From Antedon mediterranea (Eukaryota; Animalia; Echinodermata), in assembly GCF_964355755.1 (NCBI RefSeq), contig NC_092674.1, positions 30,256,001 through 30,320,000 of the forward strand: a stretch of 64,000 bases of DNA. Reading direction: 5' to 3'. Both the position numbers and the translations under genes were made by a program. Shown piece by piece: positions 49,074-64,000 of the stretch (the first letter of the stretch is position 1; every line of letters starts with the position of its first letter). Under the pieces are notes generated by a model. The model did not search any database and was not told the DNA's origin. It worked only from the letters and a program-made list of their open reading frames with translations.

Positions 49074-49974
49074 TAATACAAACATATCAAAAATAATATG
49101 AAACCCAAATAAATCACATACTCCTTAGCACCAAAGATTAACTACCATATATGGCATAATATCCATGAATTTACAGAATTAACACATATTTATATTTAGT
49201 GTATAAAAGTAATGTATCTATAACAGCACACAAAATGGACGTATGGTGTAAAATTAAAATTATTTATATTTTTAGTTTTCCAGTTTAACAATTTTTTTTT
49301 TTTTTTTTTTGGTTTAGTAGATTTGGAAGACATTAATTGGTATTCACGGTGGTTTTTTTAAAGATCTTAAAAGCGAGCCTGAACTGCCAGACTCTGTACC
49401 CATCTAATAGAACTATATGGATATACAGTGTTTGGGAAGTTTATGACATACATCCTCCCAGAGTAGACACAGTTGTTGAAATTTACAAACATTATCTGAA
49501 GGCAGTACTATATATATTAAAAGTTTAAGATAAATTTAAACATGAGAAACATATTATTTAAAATTTCAGTGCAGTGTACTCTATAGTTTACATCATGGGC
49601 CAATCAGGTTGCTCAAACCTGCTCAAACTAACAACTTAGTTAGTTGTTAGATAAGTACCAATGAGCCAATCGTTATATGGAACCTGTGATTGATTGTCAT
49701 TATTTTCTAATTCACAATTGTTTAGTCACAATTCAGTCTCTCATACAAAATGTCATAATTTAAATATACAGTACTGTAGTCAAATTACAATTGCCTAAAT
49801 TTTAAATTTGTCATATCATAAAGAAAATATTCAAATTTGTACTTATATTCAACCTAATTTTACTTCTTAAAAACAGCTGTCAATAAACAATTTGTATACA
49901 AACATCTCAATCTTTGCTCATGGTTTTCTTATCAAACAAAAAAATATACTATAGCATTATATACAATTTAAATA

Positions 49975-50370
49975 GTAATCAATATTAATAAATATTAATC
50001 AATAATATTCAATTTCAATCAATATTAATCAATGTTACTCAATATTAATAAATATTAATCAATGTTAATAAATATTAACCAATGTTAATCAATAATTAAT
50101 CAATGTCAATCAATAATTAATCAATGTCAATCAATAATTCATTAATGTCAATCAATATTAAAAAATGGTAATCAATGTAAATCAAAGTTAATCAATATTA
50201 ATCAATGTCAATCAATAATTAATCACTGTCAATCAATAATTAATCAATGTCAATCAATAATTCATCAATGTCTATAATATTAAAAAATGGTAATCAATGT
50301 AAATCAAAGTTAATCAATATTAATCAATGTCAATCAATAATTTATTAATGTCAATCAATAATAATCAAAA
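49975..50370. repeat. AT-rich ~10-bp-period degenerate repeat (AATCAATATT/AATCAATGTC)
   Basis: Low-complexity array downstream of the FCHSD2 stop codon. Confidence 0.85.
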
Positions 50371-50674
50371 TCTTACACAATTGTAATAATTTATATACAA
50401 TTTACAACTTCAAAGATTTGCAATGTTGTACATCTATTCAGAAAAAGTGCTATAAAATATATATATATTTAATGAGTATCTTGTGCTTTAAAAAATTATG
50501 AAAGCAATAAGTTGTCCGAATAGACGCAATGTAAAATGATATGATTATGTCTCAGAACTCTTTTTGTGGTGTGGGAAGCACAGTACACTTTAGGTTAGAT
50601 AAAATCCACCATACTCTTTCTACAATCAAACATGATGGATGGGAACGTCATTCCGATGCAACTTGAAGATTCGT

Positions 50675-61317
<10,643 letters not shown>

Positions 61318-62899
61318 CTGTGGAAAAATACAGAGATTATATTAATTTTATTATTGATAAAACCTTAATATATAAGACTATTAGTATTACTTACAGTTTG
61401 CCGGTTACTACAATTTACATAGTTAATTTGTTCAAAATCAATTAATTTTTTTATTATATAATAATAATAATTATATTATATTGGAAGAACAACCTTTGTC
61501 TAATTTAATTGTTCTTAACCACTTCCAAAAGAAACTCATCACATATAAAAATAGTACTGAAAATCAGGTCTTAAAAATGTTAATTCACCCTGAGGACAAC
61601 ATACCAGACAGGTTGAGGTAAGAGAAAGGGAATTTACCTAGCTGTGAGTTGTCACGGTAACTTGATACTAATCAAAATTTAGAAAATGGACAATCAGTAC
61701 AAAATACTCAAACATAAAAGATTGCAAACTAGGAATTAAGGCATTAAATACATTATTATTATTAAAATTTATGTCTGACATGAACATTTATTTATTTGTA
61801 ATGAATGAGGAAATTATGATTATTTCCCCTGTAATCATGGTGATTTGGACAGTTTCCAGTAATCATGAACATTTATAAAATGTTCTTGGTGTTCATGGGA
61901 AATTTCTGGCAAATGGAATATAAACAATATACCTTGATATGAAAATAACAGTATGTCAAGTTTATTATTAATTTACTTAATATCATTTACAGTACTAAAG
62001 CATGTGATATCTATGTATATTACCAGCATATAAACATCTGTTTATAAATCATGTGAATTCAGTAGGTAAATAGACTCCCATTTCAAATTTTATTGGACTT
62101 CCTGTTTTCATCTTCTGTCTCATCAGGATGTATAAAGTTTGATGAGAGAAATGCAATATTTTATTGTACAGATAATAGCTGTAGTATACAATGCTGACGT
62201 ATCTATATTACAGTATGTGTAAAATGTTAACCAGTTTGTTAAAAGCATCTAATTTCTTAAAAATATTGTCCCCATGAAAAAACAAATTTTGTTTTTAATG
62301 TTTTTATTGAAAATGCCATTTTAATGTCATACTGTAAAATAGTTCAATTCACTTTGACCAAAAAATGGATCGAAAAAAAAAATCACCTGAAAAAAACTGT
62401 AATTAAATAAAGCAAAACAATTTCAAAATAATTGGAATTCAATGGGTTTTTGTTAAATATCAAACTGTTTAAAAATCATTATTTTTTAAAGTTTTCTTTT
62501 CTGAAGTTATTAACTTTATTAATATATTAAAACTGCGAAATGTTATTCAAAGTCTGATTTTATTTAATCTTCATTTTTAATGTTTTGGGGACAATATCAC
62601 ATCTTTAATGTTGTTTCTTTGAATTGTTGAAACTTACATACTGTATTTGTTTTTTAAACGTACCTGGTATACTAAATACTAACTAGACATGAAACTCGTC
62701 ACATTGACGAGTTAGTTATCCGCTCGACAAACGCCACGTGCACGTCATACGTTAGAATATTGCACACAGAAAAATATTAAGGCATTATGACTTGAACTGA
62801 AGAATATGATATGTTGTTATTTCTGAATTCTGTTATTTTGTGTCATATAGTATACACAGTACAATCTGTATACATATCACAAACAGTGTAAAATAGGTG

Positions 62900-64000
62900 A
62901 AATTACGGGACCCGTATTTTATTGTAATTTTTAACATCTTGACGATTTCAAAATGAAATGTAAAAGTAGAAATTTCTGAATGAAATTATCTCAGCAACAA
63001 CGTATTAATGTGTAGAAGAAATTTGAATACGTGAAATATTGATGCGCGCTCTTTTAAATGTAATGAAATATAATGCAAAAGATGAAAATACGACTTTTTT
63101 TATTTAACTGGCCATATGATGACGTCACAACATTCAATTGGCACAATTTACACATTATTTTGTATCTACAATACAATAGCTTCCTGAAAACGTTTTAATT
63201 GTGATTATCACATTTTATTCTTACGAGGCATAACAGATTAAAATTTACTGTAAAGATGAAATTAATGACCAACGTAATTTAAATATTTAGGCATGATGAC
63301 GTTAAAAAAATTAAAAAAGTTTTAATTCATGCAAAAGATAGTTGATAGATCTAGAATATATTAAAATCGGAATGAAAATGGACAACGAATAAGTGGAGAT
63401 GCGCTCTATTAAATGTGATGAGCTATGACGAAAGAGACAAAAATCCTATATTTTATATTCGCGTGGCCATACGATGACGTCACTATGTCCGGTTAGCCAT
63501 ATTAATGCATGATCCGATATCTACAACTCATCAACTTCCAGAATATGTAATTAAAAAAAAGGTCTCCATGTAGTTTAGAATCTATGACTGTTTAAAAATA
63601 GGCATAATTTTGACGAATTTTTGAACTTTTTCACCAAAAACGCGTACAAATTATCTAATTCGACGTGCTCGTATGACGTAATTTTAAGTCGAAATTGTTT
63701 AAAATTTGGTAACATTACTAGAAAAGGCTAAAAAAACATAAATCACGCGAAAAAAATATGTTTTTAACGCTACGTGTGCATCGCGTGCGTAAAAATGTTC
63801 GCGCGCGTGGGAATTTTTGACATGCTCAAAATGACATGAAACGCATAGAAAGTTGATTAGAAGTTTATATTTCGCACGTTAAAATTTTAAACGCGCGTGC
63901 GCGCGTAACTTTTTGTGAAACATGCTATTTTTAATCCATAGAAAGTTTGCGCTTGATATGACTTAAATTTTCACAAAGTTTCAAAACAAAATTATGTTTG
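62900..64000. repeat. Probable interspersed repeat or DNA-transposon remnant (CpG-richer, TGACGTCA and ACGCGCGT motifs)
   Basis: Composition shifts here, and short segments (CGGAATGAAAA, TGACGTCAC) resemble 20040-20400. Termini are not visible. Confidence 0.35.

Overview
AT-rich, intron-containing animal genomic DNA, probably a marine invertebrate deuterostome such as an echinoderm (inferred from gene and repeat style only). Four multi-exon genes, all on the minus strand, can be assembled with GT-AG boundaries. (1) SPATA5/AFG2A double AAA+ ATPase, 13 exons, 8950-19613, ~885 aa. (2) A transglutaminase, 14 exons, 20520-27607, with an intact Cys-His-Asp triad but an apparent frameshift at the exon 10/11 junction. 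(3) An unusual ~3620-aa protein, 31119-46894, combining 2-3 THAP domains, ~11-12 C2H2-type fingers, two DHxY (HCF-1-binding-type) motifs and a 7.9-kb terminal exon. (4) The 3' part of FCHSD2 (F-BAR and double SH3), 50675 to beyond 61317. Introns and intergenic DNA carry several PIF/Harbinger-like MITE families, a TTAA-flanked (Kolobok-like) element, a 1.5-kb TA-flanked element, tRNA-derived SINEs and many minisatellites. The most intriguing unexplained signals are: 24-28 bp CATG...CATG hairpins flanked by perfect 7-bp duplications (possible P/Galileo-type excision scars or micro-MITEs); tandem duplications that multiply splice donors in three genes; and a dense TAGGCCTA cluster in the first 8 kb. 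All coordinates were read by eye and no database searches were run.
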